Assembly: GCF_054902295.1 (NCBI RefSeq)
Contig: NZ_CM142761.1
Length of the DNA stretch: 32,000 nt
Reading direction: 5' to 3' (one strand)
Under the pieces are notes generated by a model. That model saw only the letters and a program-made list of their open reading frames with translations. It was not told the origin of the DNA and did no database searches. Of this stretch, positions 11,534 through 22,652 are shown one piece after another. Made by a program: the position numbers and the translations under genes. The number at the start of each line of letters is the position of its first letter. The stretch's first letter is position 1.

Positions 11534-12165
11534 AACGACGTGACACCATCGTGCGCTACACCGCGCCGGAACGTATCAACCACTGGATCACCGCCTTCTG
11601 CTTCATCCTGGCGGCGGTGAGCGGGCTGGGCTTTTTGTTCCCGTCCTTCAACTGGTTGATGCAAATCATGGGCACACCGCAGCTGGCGCGAATTCTGCAC
11701 CCGTTTGTCGGCGTGGTTATGTTTGCCTCGTTCATCATCATGTTTTTCCGTTACTGGCATCACAACCTAATCAATCGGGATGATATCTTTTGGGCGAAGA
11801 ATATTCGTAAGATCGTCGTCAACGAGGAAGTAGGTGACACCGGGCGTTATAACTTCGGTCAGAAATGCGTTTTCTGGGCGGCGATTATTTTCCTGGTTCT
11901 GCTGCTGGTGAGCGGCGTGATTATCTGGCGTCCTTATTTTGCGCCTGCTTTCTCAATCCCGGTGATCCGATTCGCGTTAATGCTGCATTCATTTGCCGCA
12001 GTGGCGTTAATTGTGGTTATCATGGTGCATATCTACGCCGCCCTTTGGGTGAAAGGCACGATTACCGCCATGGTGGAAGGATGGGTTACCAGCGCCTGGG
12101 CGAAGAAACATCACCCGCGCTGGTACCGTGAGGTCCGCAAGACAACGGAAAAGAAAGCTGAATGA
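11530..12165 (+). CDS. fdoI: Formate dehydrogenase-O cytochrome b556 subunit
   Basis: 211 aa, multi-TM, conserved histidines; 4-bp overlap with fdoH. Confidence 0.97.
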
Positions 12166-13091
12166 GTATTCGCATAATCCCGCAAGATGAGCTGGGTTCG
12201 AGCGAGAAACGTACGGCGGATATGATTCCGCCGTTATTGTTCCCTCGGCTCAAGAATTTATACAACCGCCGCGCCGAGCGTCTGCGCGAGCTGGCAGAAA
12301 ATAATCCGCTGGGTGATTACCTGCGCTTTGCTGCGCTTATCGCCCACGCCCAGGAAGTGGTGCTGTACGACCATCCGCTGGAGATGGATCTGACCGCGCG
12401 CATTAAAGAAGCCAGCGCACAGGGCAAGCCCCCGCTGGATATTCACGTTCTGCCGCGTGATAAGCACTGGCAAAAGCTGCTGATGGCGCTGATTGCTGAG
12501 CTGAAACCTGAAATGAGCGGCCCGGCGCTGGCAGTGATTGAGAATCTGGAGAAGGCATCGACTCAGGAGCTGGAAGATATGGCCAGCGCACTGTTTGCCT
12601 CTGATTTCTCATCCGTCAGCAGCGATAAAGCGCCGTTTATCTGGGCTGCACTGTCGCTCTACTGGGCGCAGATGGCCAATCTGATCCCCGGCAAAGCCCG
12701 CGCTGAATACGGCGAGCAACGTCAATATTGCCCGGTTTGTGGTTCTATGCCGGTGTCCAGCATGGTGCAAATTGGCACCACTCAGGGTCTGCGTTACCTG
12801 CACTGCAACCTGTGTGAAACCGAATGGCACGTAGTGCGCGTAAAATGCAGCAACTGCGAGCAGAGCGGCAAACTGCATTACTGGTCGCTGGATGACGAAC
12901 AGGCCGCGATTAAAGCCGAAAGCTGCGATGACTGCGGCACTTACCTGAAGATTCTTTATCAGGAAAAAGAACCGAAAGTTGAAGCCGTGGCAGATGACCT
13001 CGCCTCTCTGGTACTGGACGCGCGAATGGAGCAAGAAGGCTATGCCCGCAGTTCCATCAACCCGTTCCTGTTTCCGGGTGAAGGGGAGTAA
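12162..13091 (+). CDS. fdhE: Formate dehydrogenase accessory protein FdhE
   Basis: 309 aa; several CxxC motifs ([33 protein letters not shown]). Confidence 0.97.
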   Translation: MSIRIIPQDELGSSEKRTADMIPPLLFPRLKNLYNRRAERLRELAENNPLGDYLRFAALIAHAQEVVLYDHPLEMDLTARIKEASAQGKPPLDIHVLPRDKHWQKLLMALIAELKPEMSGPALAVIENLEKASTQELEDMASALFASDFSSVSSDKAPFIWAALSLYWAQMANLIPGKARAEYGEQRQYCPVCGSMPVSSMVQIGTTQGLRYLHCNLCETEWHVVRVKCSNCEQSGKLHYWSLDDEQAAIKAESCDDCGTYLKILYQEKEPKVEAVADDLASLVLDARMEQEGYARSSINPFLFPGEGE

Positions 13092-13104
13092 TCTCTGACG
13101 TTTT

Positions 13105-13126
13105 CCGGGTGGCGCTGGTCGCCCGG
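13105..13126 (+). terminator. Stem-loop after fdhE (CCGGGTGGCGCTGGTCGCCCGG)
   Basis: GC-rich inverted repeat directly after the fdhE stop; no clear T-run. Confidence 0.4.
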
Positions 13127-13272
13127 ATTACAGCTCATAGGGTGTGACGACACCATCTCCCGTATTCCGCGTTACCACCTCAAGCTATGCCGCCAGTGCC
13201 TGTTTGCCTCGTTCTTCCCTCCAACACATCGATAAGGTTATTGGTATGTCACTGATGACAAGCGTAAGATTG

Positions 13273-14519
<1,247 letters not shown>

Positions 14520-14520
14520 C

Positions 14521-14579
<59 letters not shown>

Positions 14580-14614
14580 CAATAAACTGCAATATATTGA
14601 ATTTTCACGACTTT

Positions 14615-14649
14615 GTAGGCCGGATAAGGCGTTCACGCCGCATCCGGCA
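14615..14649. repeat. Second REP element, inverted relative to the IS-disrupted one (BIME)
   Basis: GTAGGCCGGATAAGGCGTTCACGCCGCATCCGGCA, a canonical REP with GCCGGAT/ATCCGGC arms. Confidence 0.9.
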
Positions 14650-14698
14650 TGAACAACGCGCACGTTGTCAGCAATCTGATTGACATCATTTTTTCCCA

Positions 14699-14917
14699 TT
14701 ACCATTCCTCGCGCAGCTTACGCTGATATTCGACACCATCTTCCTCACACCCTTGCCAGATGCCAGGAACACTGGTTCTTGCTGTTTGCGATTGATTTAT
14801 CAGGTATTGATCTACCGCTTCCCTTAATAGGTCCGCACGAGGAAGATTACGCTGCACCTCGAGATCATCAAGTTGCTTAATCACCTCATTCGATAAATCG
14901 AGTAAAATTCTGCCCAT
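14699..14917 (-). CDS. yiiF: Ribbon-helix-helix/CopG-like small protein
   Basis: [39 protein letters not shown]...; RHH pattern. Start placed at the internal ATG (14917). Confidence 0.88.
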
Positions 14918-15032
14918 ATCTATACCTGCCAGAGAGTTCATAAATATCTCGCCAATATCATTTTTGAATCTATGGAGAGAAAAGTACCCTTGCCGAATCT
15001 TTAAAGAAAGCTCATTTACGCATCATTTTTTA

Positions 15033-15054
15033 TTTTTGCGAGGCGTTTTCCAGA
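15033..15054. repeat. Repeat copy 1 TTTTTGCGAGGCGTTTTCCAGA
   Basis: Identical 22-mer at 15472-15493; variant at 16707-16726. Confidence 0.85.
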
Positions 15055-15159
15055 TACGATGTAACAGTTGCAGTTATTATAAGTTCAAGTAAAACAGCCT
15101 TGTATTAATACCAGAATAAGGGCATCTGTTTTTTTATATTCAAGAATGAAAAATTTTTT

Positions 15160-15378
15160 TCATTCCTTATGCTCCTTACACTGATCATCAACACCAACTA
15201 CCTCCCCCTTTTGCCTGCCTCCCTTTGCTTTACGCACCGGGAATTGCTGACGTTCCAGATATTGCTCAACCGCTTCGCGTAAAATTGCAGATCGTGAAAC
15301 CTTACGCCAGCCCCGAAGCTTGTTCAGCCGTTTAATTGCCTCTTCTGATAAATGAAGAAAAACCGTATTCATCGCCAT
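15160..15378 (-). CDS. yiiE: Ribbon-helix-helix/CopG-like small protein, paralogue of yiiF
   Basis: MAMNTVFLHLSEEAIKRLNKLRGWRKVSRSAILREAVEQYLERQ...; start at internal ATG. Confidence 0.87.
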   Translation of the reverse strand: MAMNTVFLHLSEEAIKRLNKLRGWRKVSRSAILREAVEQYLERQQFPVRKAKGGRQKGEVVGVDDQCKEHKE

Positions 15379-15471
15379 TACCACCACCTTACATATATTA
15401 CTCATTAATGTATGTGCGAAAATTACGCCGGAAAATCATTTAAAAAAAGCGGATTTTTGCATGTCGTTTTG

Positions 15472-15493
15472 TTTTTGCGAGGCGTTTTCCAGA
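15472..15493. repeat. Repeat copy 2 TTTTTGCGAGGCGTTTTCCAGA
   Basis: Identical to 15033-15054. Confidence 0.85.
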
Positions 15494-15804
15494 AATAATA
15501 AGAGCGTTGCAGTTGTTTCATTTATTACTCAAAAATGGTTTAGTTATCGCCCAGGATGAGTTATGGATGCTATGAATATATTATATTCAGGGATGTTTAT
15601 TTTTTGATTGGATCTTTATTTGCATAATCTGAATGGTGTACCCGAAAAATGTCAGCATCCTAACAGCACCCGGATTTAAGGTGAAATTAATCATCCATCA
15701 CAGACCGGTCAGTACTGCCACCAACCGGTCTTTACTTGCTCATCGTTATAATTTTGTTGGTAACAGTTCGGGAAACAAGGAATTCCTTCCGGAACCCCCC
15801 GGTA

Positions 15805-15897
15805 TCATCCGATAGCATTGACGTCAATCATCAGCGCGACGATGAGTTTTTTTAATCGCATCATAGGGTGGCGACGTTCAGCACGATTACGGGTCAT
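15805..15897 (-). CDS. Possible 30-aa small ORF MTRNRAERRHPMMRLKKLIVALMIDVNAIG
   Basis: ATG at 15897, AGGAG Shine-Dalgarno at 15905-15909 (minus strand) with 7-nt spacing, TGA stop at 15805-15807; no homologue recognised. Confidence 0.35.
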   Translation of the reverse strand: MTRNRAERRHPMMRLKKLIVALMIDVNAIG

Positions 15898-15982
15898 AGC
15901 AAAACTCCTGGGCAGGCGACCACTATGCCGCTTTCACAGGAGTTCTGAATGCTAGTGCTTTCTGTATGGCATAACCATGCCT

Positions 15983-16273
15983 CTAACGGTTAAGTGCTTG
16001 CAGCACATGTTGCGGATCATTGGCAATCGCTCGCAGCAAAGCCTTTGCAGGCCCGGTCGGTGAACGTCGCCCCTGCTCCCAGTTACGCAACGTGTCTACG
16101 CTTACAGAAATAAGATCGGCAAATTTAGATTGTGACAACCCTGAAGCGCGGCGTATTTCTTTGATTTTCATAGCATCAACTTCAAAAGTCCGCGAAGGCT
16201 GTCGCGTTCCTTCAATAATTTCATTCATCTGGGCCATGCTGTGAGTCAACCGCTCAAAAAGTGCCTTATCCAT
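15983..16273 (-). CDS. HTH antitoxin/NadS-like (HigA-type) regulator
   Basis: 96 aa with Xre HTH (IRRASGLSQSKFADLISVSVDTLRNWEQGRRSPTG); immediately downstream of the toxin ORF. Confidence 0.85.
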   Translation of the reverse strand: MDKALFERLTHSMAQMNEIIEGTRQPSRTFEVDAMKIKEIRRASGLSQSKFADLISVSVDTLRNWEQGRRSPTGPAKALLRAIANDPQHVLQALNR

Positions 16274-16585
16274 TTACCACCTCGTATTTAACAACCGGAG
16301 CATTGCTTTTTCCTGGGGAGACAGATCATCTTTAATACCCTTACGATAAATAAGCAGTAATCTGATCTCATAATGTTTAACCTGATGAAAATAAATAACC
16401 CTGACACCAGCACGTTTCCCCTTTCCTCCTGAAACCCATCGAACCTTTCTTAACCCACCAGTTTCAGGTATTACCTCACCATAGTCAGGATTCAAGGCCA
16501 GGAAAAACTGAAAACGACTGAATTCATCGTCGGTCAGCAGTTTTTGAACATCTTCAGTAAAAATTTCCGTTTCGATGAAGAGCAT
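16274..16585 (-). CDS. RelE/HigB-like toxin
   Basis: 103 aa; GGLRKVRWVSGGKGKRAGVRVIYFHQVKHYEIRLLLIYRKGIKDDLSPQEKAMLR is a typical RelE/HigB C-terminal block; stop abuts the antitoxin ATG. Confidence 0.85.
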   Translation of the reverse strand: MLFIETEIFTEDVQKLLTDDEFSRFQFFLALNPDYGEVIPETGGLRKVRWVSGGKGKRAGVRVIYFHQVKHYEIRLLLIYRKGIKDDLSPQEKAMLRLLNTRW

Positions 16586-16622
16586 AATTATACGCCATTG
16601 GCTTAGAGTAACAATCCTTTTT

Positions 16623-16639
16623 GTACGTCATTGACGTAC
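16623..16639. promoter_or_regulatory. Candidate TA operator GTACGTCA-T-TGACGTAC
   Basis: 8-bp perfect inverted repeat with 1-nt centre, 38 nt upstream of the toxin start. Confidence 0.45.
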
Positions 16640-16706
16640 CCTTGAAACCACTAGCTTACTGATAGTGCTCCAGCAAAACCACGTCTCTGCCGGGTTTGTC
16701 TTTAGA

Positions 16707-16726
16707 TTTGCGAGGCGCTTTCCAGA
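16707..16726. repeat. Repeat copy 3 (variant) TTTGCGAGGCGCTTTCCAGA
   Basis: One mismatch to the shared repeat over 20 nt. Confidence 0.75.
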
Positions 16727-16813
16727 TTTTTCACGCCCGTGAATTTCCCTGTATCCATCCAGCAAAAACGGGTGTATAAGACTGTACATTCATACAGCAA
16801 AATAAGTTCTACT

Positions 16814-17722
16814 ATGGCACTGGAAAAAGGAATTGCAGAGTTAGTCGAAAAGTTTATCGCTGCGGGTCGCCCCTCATCGCGTCAACAAAGTATTGCGCAG
16901 CGCAGGGAGGGCTATATCGCCAGCGCTGTCCTTGCGGGTGAGACAGAAACGCGGGTAGATATTCAGACTATCGAACTTGAAGGGATGACCTTACGAATAG
17001 TGTCGCCGCTGAATGCCCCGACATTACTCCCGACGATAATTTATTACTACGGTGGCTGTTTTGTTAGCGGCGGGTTCGCAACTCACGACAACCAGCTGCG
17101 CCAGTTAGCCTATTACGGGCAATGTCGGGTTATTGCCGTCCAGTATCGGCTGGCACCGGAACATACTTTCCCCGCCGCCCATGATGATGCGCAACGAGGT
17201 GCAGAAATAGTCTGGCAACACGCCGAACGACTCGGCGTTGATAAACAACGTATAACTCTTGCCGGTGACAGTGCGGGCGGACATCTGGCGCTGGTAACTG
17301 CTTTGCGATTAAAGCGTGCTGGCGAGTGGCAACCGGCACAACTCATCTTAATTTATCCTATGCTTGATGCGACTGCGCATTTCGAAAGCTACATACGCAA
17401 TGGTCACGATTACATCATCACACGCGACACTTTACTGAGCGGCTTTGAGATGTATCTGCCAGGCATTGAACGCAGGCATCCTGAAGCCAGCCCTCTTTGG
17501 CGCGATGATTTCAATGGCTTGCCACCTGTACATATCATTACCGCTGAATACGACCCACTTTGCGATGAAGGTGAAGCGTTGTATCACCGCATGACAGGGC
17601 AAGGAGTGCAATGCACCTGCCAACGCTACCTTGGCGTTATCCACGGATTTTTTCAGTTAGGTGGTATCAGCGAGGCCGCGCGATCGGCACTACGGGATGT
17701 TGCCTGGAGAGCGGGAAGGTAA
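16814..17722 (+). CDS. Alpha/beta hydrolase (Aes/HSL-like esterase family)
   Basis: HSL-like YYYGGCFVSG oxyanion motif, GDSAGG nucleophile elbow and a late GVIHGF histidine motif. Internal ATG preferred over the GTG at 16739. Confidence 0.8.
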   Translation: MALEKGIAELVEKFIAAGRPSSRQQSIAQRREGYIASAVLAGETETRVDIQTIELEGMTLRIVSPLNAPTLLPTIIYYYGGCFVSGGFATHDNQLRQLAYYGQCRVIAVQYRLAPEHTFPAAHDDAQRGAEIVWQHAERLGVDKQRITLAGDSAGGHLALVTALRLKRAGEWQPAQLILIYPMLDATAHFESYIRNGHDYIITRDTLLSGFEMYLPGIERRHPEASPLWRDDFNGLPPVHIITAEYDPLCDEGEALYHRMTGQGVQCTCQRYLGVIHGFFQLGGISEAARSALRDVAWRAGR

Positions 17723-17737
17723 CTTCGGACCTGGGCC

Positions 17738-17770
17738 CTGAAAAGGTTTTCAGATTGAAAACCTTTTCAG
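17738..17770. terminator. Likely bidirectional terminator, CTGAAAAGGTTTTC-AGATT-GAAAACCTTTTCAG
   Basis: 14-bp perfect stem, 5-nt loop, between convergent hydrolase and fabY. Confidence 0.7.
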
Positions 17771-17785
17771 TCAAGTAAAACGCCC

Positions 17786-18775
17786 CTACTCTTCTTCGTT
17801 CCCGCCCTCTTCATACGGGCCAAATGGCTTCGCGGGCAGAACGATATACGTGCCTTCAAACACTGCACCCGGCGTCTCGTCGCCAAAGATTTCAACTTGC
17901 ATCTGCACCCGTGCTTTTCGTCCGCGCGCCAGACGGTCGAGATCGCCGCTTAAGGCACCAAGGTCGGCTACCGCATGAGGTTTACCGCTAATCGGCTTGC
18001 TGTAGCGGATATGCGCATCCGCCAGAATAATCGTTCCGCCGAGATGGCGTTCGCGCAGCATCAGCCAGATAAGCCCCCAACCGGTGAGCGTTGCCAGTGA
18101 GAATAAACTCCCGGCAAACAGCGTATGGTGCGGATTCTGATTACCGGTTTCCGGCATGGTGGTGATAAATTTTTGCCCGGTATATTGTTGAATACGCACG
18201 CCCATTTTTTCACTAAGCGGGATATGTTCGTACCACGCCTGTTGCAGCTGCGCGCACCAGTCGCCGCGATGCAAAATATCATCCAGAGTGGCGACGGGCT
18301 TAATCATCAAAAAATGGCGAATCGGCGTGGTGGTTGGCGTGGTGATTTCTCCCTGATTAACAAACCCCAGCTTGGCGAAAAACTCCACCGCGTCTTCACG
18401 GGCGCTACAGGTCACGCGCTTAACGCCTTCCTGACGCGCCACCGACTCCAGGGTCATCGCCATCAGCGTTCCTAACCCTTTGTCCTGCACGTCCGGGTGA
18501 ACGGCCATAAAGCGAATGGACGCTTCATTGTCGGCATTAATATACAATCGGCCTACCGCCACCAGATTACCCTGCTCGTCGACGACCATCTGGTGATGCG
18601 CCATCGCATCCCACGCGTCGCGTTCCGAACCTTTTGGTTGATGCAGGGGCTTACGCAACATTTCCCAGCGAAACTGATAGTAACGCTCTAACTCTTCTTC
18701 TGTTTGTGGAACCCGAAGGTGATACATAGCGATACTCTCTCTTGTTTCCCGTGACAACCCTGGAAGCTGGCTCAT
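17786..18775 (-). CDS. fabY: Acetyltransferase/thioesterase-like fatty acid biosynthesis protein
   Basis: 329 aa; N-terminal GNAT domain plus C-terminal hotdog-like domain; recognised YiiD/FabY. Confidence 0.92.
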
Positions 18776-19209
18776 ACCTGCAACCAGAATGTCACGGGGC
18801 CATCATTGACCAGCGATACCTGCATATCGGCAGCGAAGCGTCCTGTTTGCGTGTTCATCTCTTGCTGGCGGCAGCGTTCGACGAAATAGTCATATAACGC
18901 CTCTGCGCGATCCGGTGATGCGCCTTTGGAGAAACTTGGGCGCATCCCCCGTTCGGTATCTGCGGCGAGGGTAAACTGGGAAACCACCAGTACACTGCCG
19001 CCCGCCTGTTGCACGTTGAGATTCATCTTGCCTTCGGCATCGCTAAAGATGCGGTAGCCGAGCACACGCTCGCACAGACGGTTTGCTTTCTGTTCGTCGT
19101 CATCCTTTTCGACACCCAATAACACCAAAAGTCCCGCGCCAATTTCGCCCGTCACTTCTCCCTCCACGGTGACGCTGGCACGGGTTACGCGTTGAATTAA
19201 TGCAATCAT
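18772..19209 (-). CDS. dtd: D-aminoacyl-tRNA deacylase
   Basis: 145 aa; [33 protein letters not shown] and [11 protein letters not shown]; 4-bp overlap with fabY. Confidence 0.97.
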
Positions 19210-20078
19210 GGTTCGTCGTCTTCTTCTTGTTCAGCTGCTTGTTTTAGTTTGCGGTATTCCCCGAGAGTGACAGTAATTTCCGCGCCAAGCAAGACGATAC
19301 ACCATGTCCAGTAGACCCAAACAAAGAGAATGGGGATCACCGCCAACACGCCGTAAATGAGCTGATATGACGGGAACATGGTGATATAAAGCGCGAAACC
19401 TTTCTTTCCTGCTTCGAACAGGAGCGCGGCGACAAACGCGCCGACAATCGCGTCGCGGTTAGGTACGCGGATGGTAGGAACAATGCTGTACAGCAACCAG
19501 AAGGAGATCCACGACAACAGCAGCGGAAAAATACGCAACACGTTATCGATGACAGTATTGAGATCGCTCGCCCAGCGCAGGGAGAGCAAATAGGAACTGA
19601 TCGCCAGACTGGCCCCTGCCAGCAGCGGCCCCAGCGTTAAAATCATCCAGTACACGGCGAACGAGTAAATTTTTGGTCGCGCTCGTTTACTGCGCCAGAT
19701 GGTATTCAACGCGCTATCGATGGAGTACATCAGCAATAACGCGGTGACGATCAGCCCGCACGCCCCAACGGCGGTCATCTTGTTGGAATTGGCAACAAAT
19801 TGTTCGATATACCGCTGAATAACATCGCCAGTAGCAGGCAGAAAGTTGGCAAAAATAAAGTGACGTAACTGAATGCTGACGTCGGAAAACATGGGAAAAG
19901 CGGCGAAAAGCGCAAAAACAACGGCAACCAGCGGCACTAATGAGAGCAACGACACATAGGCAAGGTTACCTGCCAGGGTTGTCATGTTGTCCTCATCAAT
20001 ACGTTGCCAGAGTAGTTTTAGCCAGGCCCATAGTGGACGGGTACGGTGCCTGGCTTTGTCCTGAATGGTTTTTAGCAT
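19206..20078 (-). CDS. yihY: YihY-family inner membrane protein
   Basis: 290 aa multi-TM protein recognised as YihY. Confidence 0.94.
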
Positions 20079-20671
20079 AACACCTTCGCGAAATAGTCCG
20101 GGATGGTGGTTTTATCTTTCACCAGAATACTGGTAATGCCCAGCTGATTGGCTCCTTCTATATTATCGGCGTTATCGTCGAAAAAGACCGTATCGCTGGG
20201 TGAAAAACCTTCCGCCTGCAAAACATGCTGGTAAATTCGTGCTTCAGGTTTGCGCATCCCCAGATCTTGCGACAGATAGATATGGTCAGCAGCATCACGA
20301 ATTTCCGGGTATTCTTCCGGCCAGAAGGTGGTATGCAGGCGGTTGGTATTGGAAAGCACCACCACGCGATGCCCCTGCTCACGCAGTTTATGCATGATGG
20401 CGATCACTTCCGGGCGCAGCGCAACAAACACCGCCTGCCAGCCGTGAGAGAACTGCTCGTAGCTTAGCGGCAGGGCCATCTCATGACACAGCGCCTCTGC
20501 GAACGCTTCGTCGCTAATTTCCCCACGCTCATGCTGATGAAACGCCTCCCCCATGTGGAAACTCTTCTTAAGCGTAGCCAGTGGAACACGCGTTAAATCG
20601 CTCCAGGCTCCCAGCACACGGTTAAAGTCGATATCGACAATCACATTACCTAAATCAAAGATATAGAGCAT
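20072..20671 (-). CDS. yihX: HAD-like phosphatase (alpha-D-glucose-1-phosphate phosphatase)
   Basis: [19 protein letters not shown] motif; 199 aa from internal ATG. Confidence 0.95.
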
Positions 20672-20769
20672 TTTTGCCTCCTTTCGCGCCACAAGAAATT
20701 AACTGTAGCGGGAAAGGATGGGTTTGGCTATGTGGCAAGGTATGAAGCCAGGTTAACGGTCACAAAAAT

Positions 20770-21555
20770 CTACGCGTCTTCCTGGGGAAGAATGATTTCA
20801 ATTTGGCTGTCTTGTAAGCGTGATTTTAGCGCAGCGGGCGGCAGCTCGTCGGTAAAGAGCGCAGTGACCTGTGCCACGTTACCAATTTCAACCGCCGCCG
20901 AAGCATGATACTTAGTGTGATCGGCGACCAGCAGAATATTTCTCGCGTGCGCCATCATCGTTTTCACCACGTTAGCTTCGTTTACATCAAACTCCATCAA
21001 CGCGCCATCGCTCTCAATCGCCCCAACGCTTGTTACCAGATAATCAGCACGAAAATCAGCCACAAAGGACGCCGCTGAAGGGCCAATGATCCCGCTATTA
21101 TGAGAGCGCAACGTACCGCCGGGCACCATCACTTCAAAGCGCGGGTTGTGGTAAAGAATATGCGCCACACGCAGGCTGTTGGTGATTATCCGCAAATGAT
21201 TATGGTTAAGTAACGCCCGGGCAACATGCTCAACAGTCGTACCAATGGTGATAAATATTGTTGAACCATCAGGAATATAGTCTGCCACCGCTTCGGCAAT
21301 CGCTTTTTTTTCCTCGGTTTGCGAAACCTCACGCTGCTCGAACGCCGTATTAACGACGCTGGAAGCCCGACCCGCGCCACCGTGATGGCGCGTAATCAGG
21401 CCTTGCTCGCTTAATTTACGAATATCCCGGCGGACCGTCTGCGTGGAGACATCCAGCAGATTTGCCAGCTCATCAATATTCATATACCCACGCTCGGCGA
21501 TCAGCATGAGGAGTTGGTCGTGCCGCGGGTTACCGGTTAGTTCGGTAAGGCTCAT
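20770..21555 (-). CDS. csqR: DeoR-family transcriptional regulator of sulfoquinovose genes
   Basis: 261 aa from MSLTELTGNPRHDQLLMLIAERGYMNIDELANLLDVSTQTVRRDIRKLSEQG; DeoR HTH; also called yihW. Confidence 0.94.
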   Translation of the reverse strand: MSLTELTGNPRHDQLLMLIAERGYMNIDELANLLDVSTQTVRRDIRKLSEQGLITRHHGGAGRASSVVNTAFEQREVSQTEEKKAIAEAVADYIPDGSTIFITIGTTVEHVARALLNHNHLRIITNSLRVAHILYHNPRFEVMVPGGTLRSHNSGIIGPSAASFVADFRADYLVTSVGAIESDGALMEFDVNEANVVKTMMAHARNILLVADHTKYHASAAVEIGNVAQVTALFTDELPPAALKSRLQDSQIEIILPQEDA

Positions 21556-21588
21556 GAAAATTCCTCGAAAAACCATCACCCTGGCATT

Positions 21589-22485
21589 TTATACAAAAAG
21601 TGACAAAAAAGATCGGGTTTGATCACAGTCAGGGATCCCGGCTCGTCCACCGGGACGTGTGCATTTTAACGCCGCTACACCGCTGGCGAAGCGGACTGAC
21701 TCCGCTAAATCCCCACTTGTTGCCAGCGCCACCGCCAAAGCGCCGTGAAAAACATCACCCGCACCTGTGGTATCTACCACATCAACTTTGAAGGCCGGTT
21801 GATGCTGACGCCCACCATTTTCCAGCCAGTCGCAGCCTGCGCTACCCTGGGTCACATAGACATGACCATTTGTGAGCGTTTGTGCCTGTTTTAGCGCACT
21901 GGCCATCTCTTTCACGCCCGTTAAGCGCGCCAGACCCGGTTCTGAAAAGGCCGCGTGATCGCTTAATGCCACCAGCTCACTGATATCCTGCGGCGTAATG
22001 TCCCCGTCCAGAACGGTCATCACACCCGCCTGACGGGCCAGGGTGAAGGCTTTTTTAGCGCCGTCGTGCCAGCGTACATCTGCCAGCACAACATCCCACT
22101 GAGAGAAATCAATTTCCTCCAACCACTCTGCGTCAGGCAGCAGATCCGGGCTGGGGTAGTTAATGATTATCCGCTCGCCTTTGGTATCCACCATGATGGC
22201 GGATTGCGAAGATTTCGCCTGGTTATACCGTTTGGTGTAACGGGTGTTAACGCCCCAGGATTCCAGCTCTGCCAGCAGGCTGTTGCCCGTGTCGTCATCA
22301 CCTACGCGACCAATAAAATCGACCTGCGCCCCCAGCCTTGCCGCCGCAACCGCTGCCGTCGCCGCTGGCCCGCCACCAACTTCCGTATAATTTCTCGCCA
22401 CGTATTTACCGCTCTCCGTCGGTAACCCTTCCACGTAATAGATGCGATCCATCACGGTTATACCTACACAAGCAACACGAATCAT
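21589..22485 (-). CDS. yihV: 6-deoxy-6-sulfofructose kinase (PfkB family)
   Basis: PfkB motifs incl. VVDTTGAGDVFHGAL; 298 aa from the internal ATG. Confidence 0.94.
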   Translation of the reverse strand: MIRVACVGITVMDRIYYVEGLPTESGKYVARNYTEVGGGPAATAAVAAARLGAQVDFIGRVGDDDTGNSLLAELESWGVNTRYTKRYNQAKSSQSAIMVDTKGERIIINYPSPDLLPDAEWLEEIDFSQWDVVLADVRWHDGAKKAFTLARQAGVMTVLDGDITPQDISELVALSDHAAFSEPGLARLTGVKEMASALKQAQTLTNGHVYVTQGSAGCDWLENGGRQHQPAFKVDVVDTTGAGDVFHGALAVALATSGDLAESVRFASGVAALKCTRPGGRAGIPDCDQTRSFLSLFV

Positions 22486-22652
22486 GGTCATTCCTTAAAC
22501 ATTTTGGGATGCGTTCATTTTAATTTCACCAATTGTTTAAAAAGTGACGGCTGTCAATTTTTTGACGATAAATTACAAATACGATCAAAAACAGACAAGC
22601 AAAGCATGTCATAAATGACAAAAAGTGACATCACTGTATTCAGGAGAGGGTT

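Noticed and set aside
15633-15815. 60-aa plus-strand ORF between yiiE and TA genes
   Set aside because: No domain, contains the AGACCGGT/ACCGGTCT inverted repeat and overlaps the better-supported minus-strand sORF.
15033-16726. CRISPR-like array from the three 20-22-nt repeats
   Set aside because: Spacing is irregular (about 440 and 1230 bp) with genes between; not an array. No CRISPR array or cas gene seen in the window.
16739-16814. GTG start extending the hydrolase by 25 aa
   Set aside because: Extension lies in AT-rich upstream sequence with poor protein-like character; ATG at 16814 preferred.
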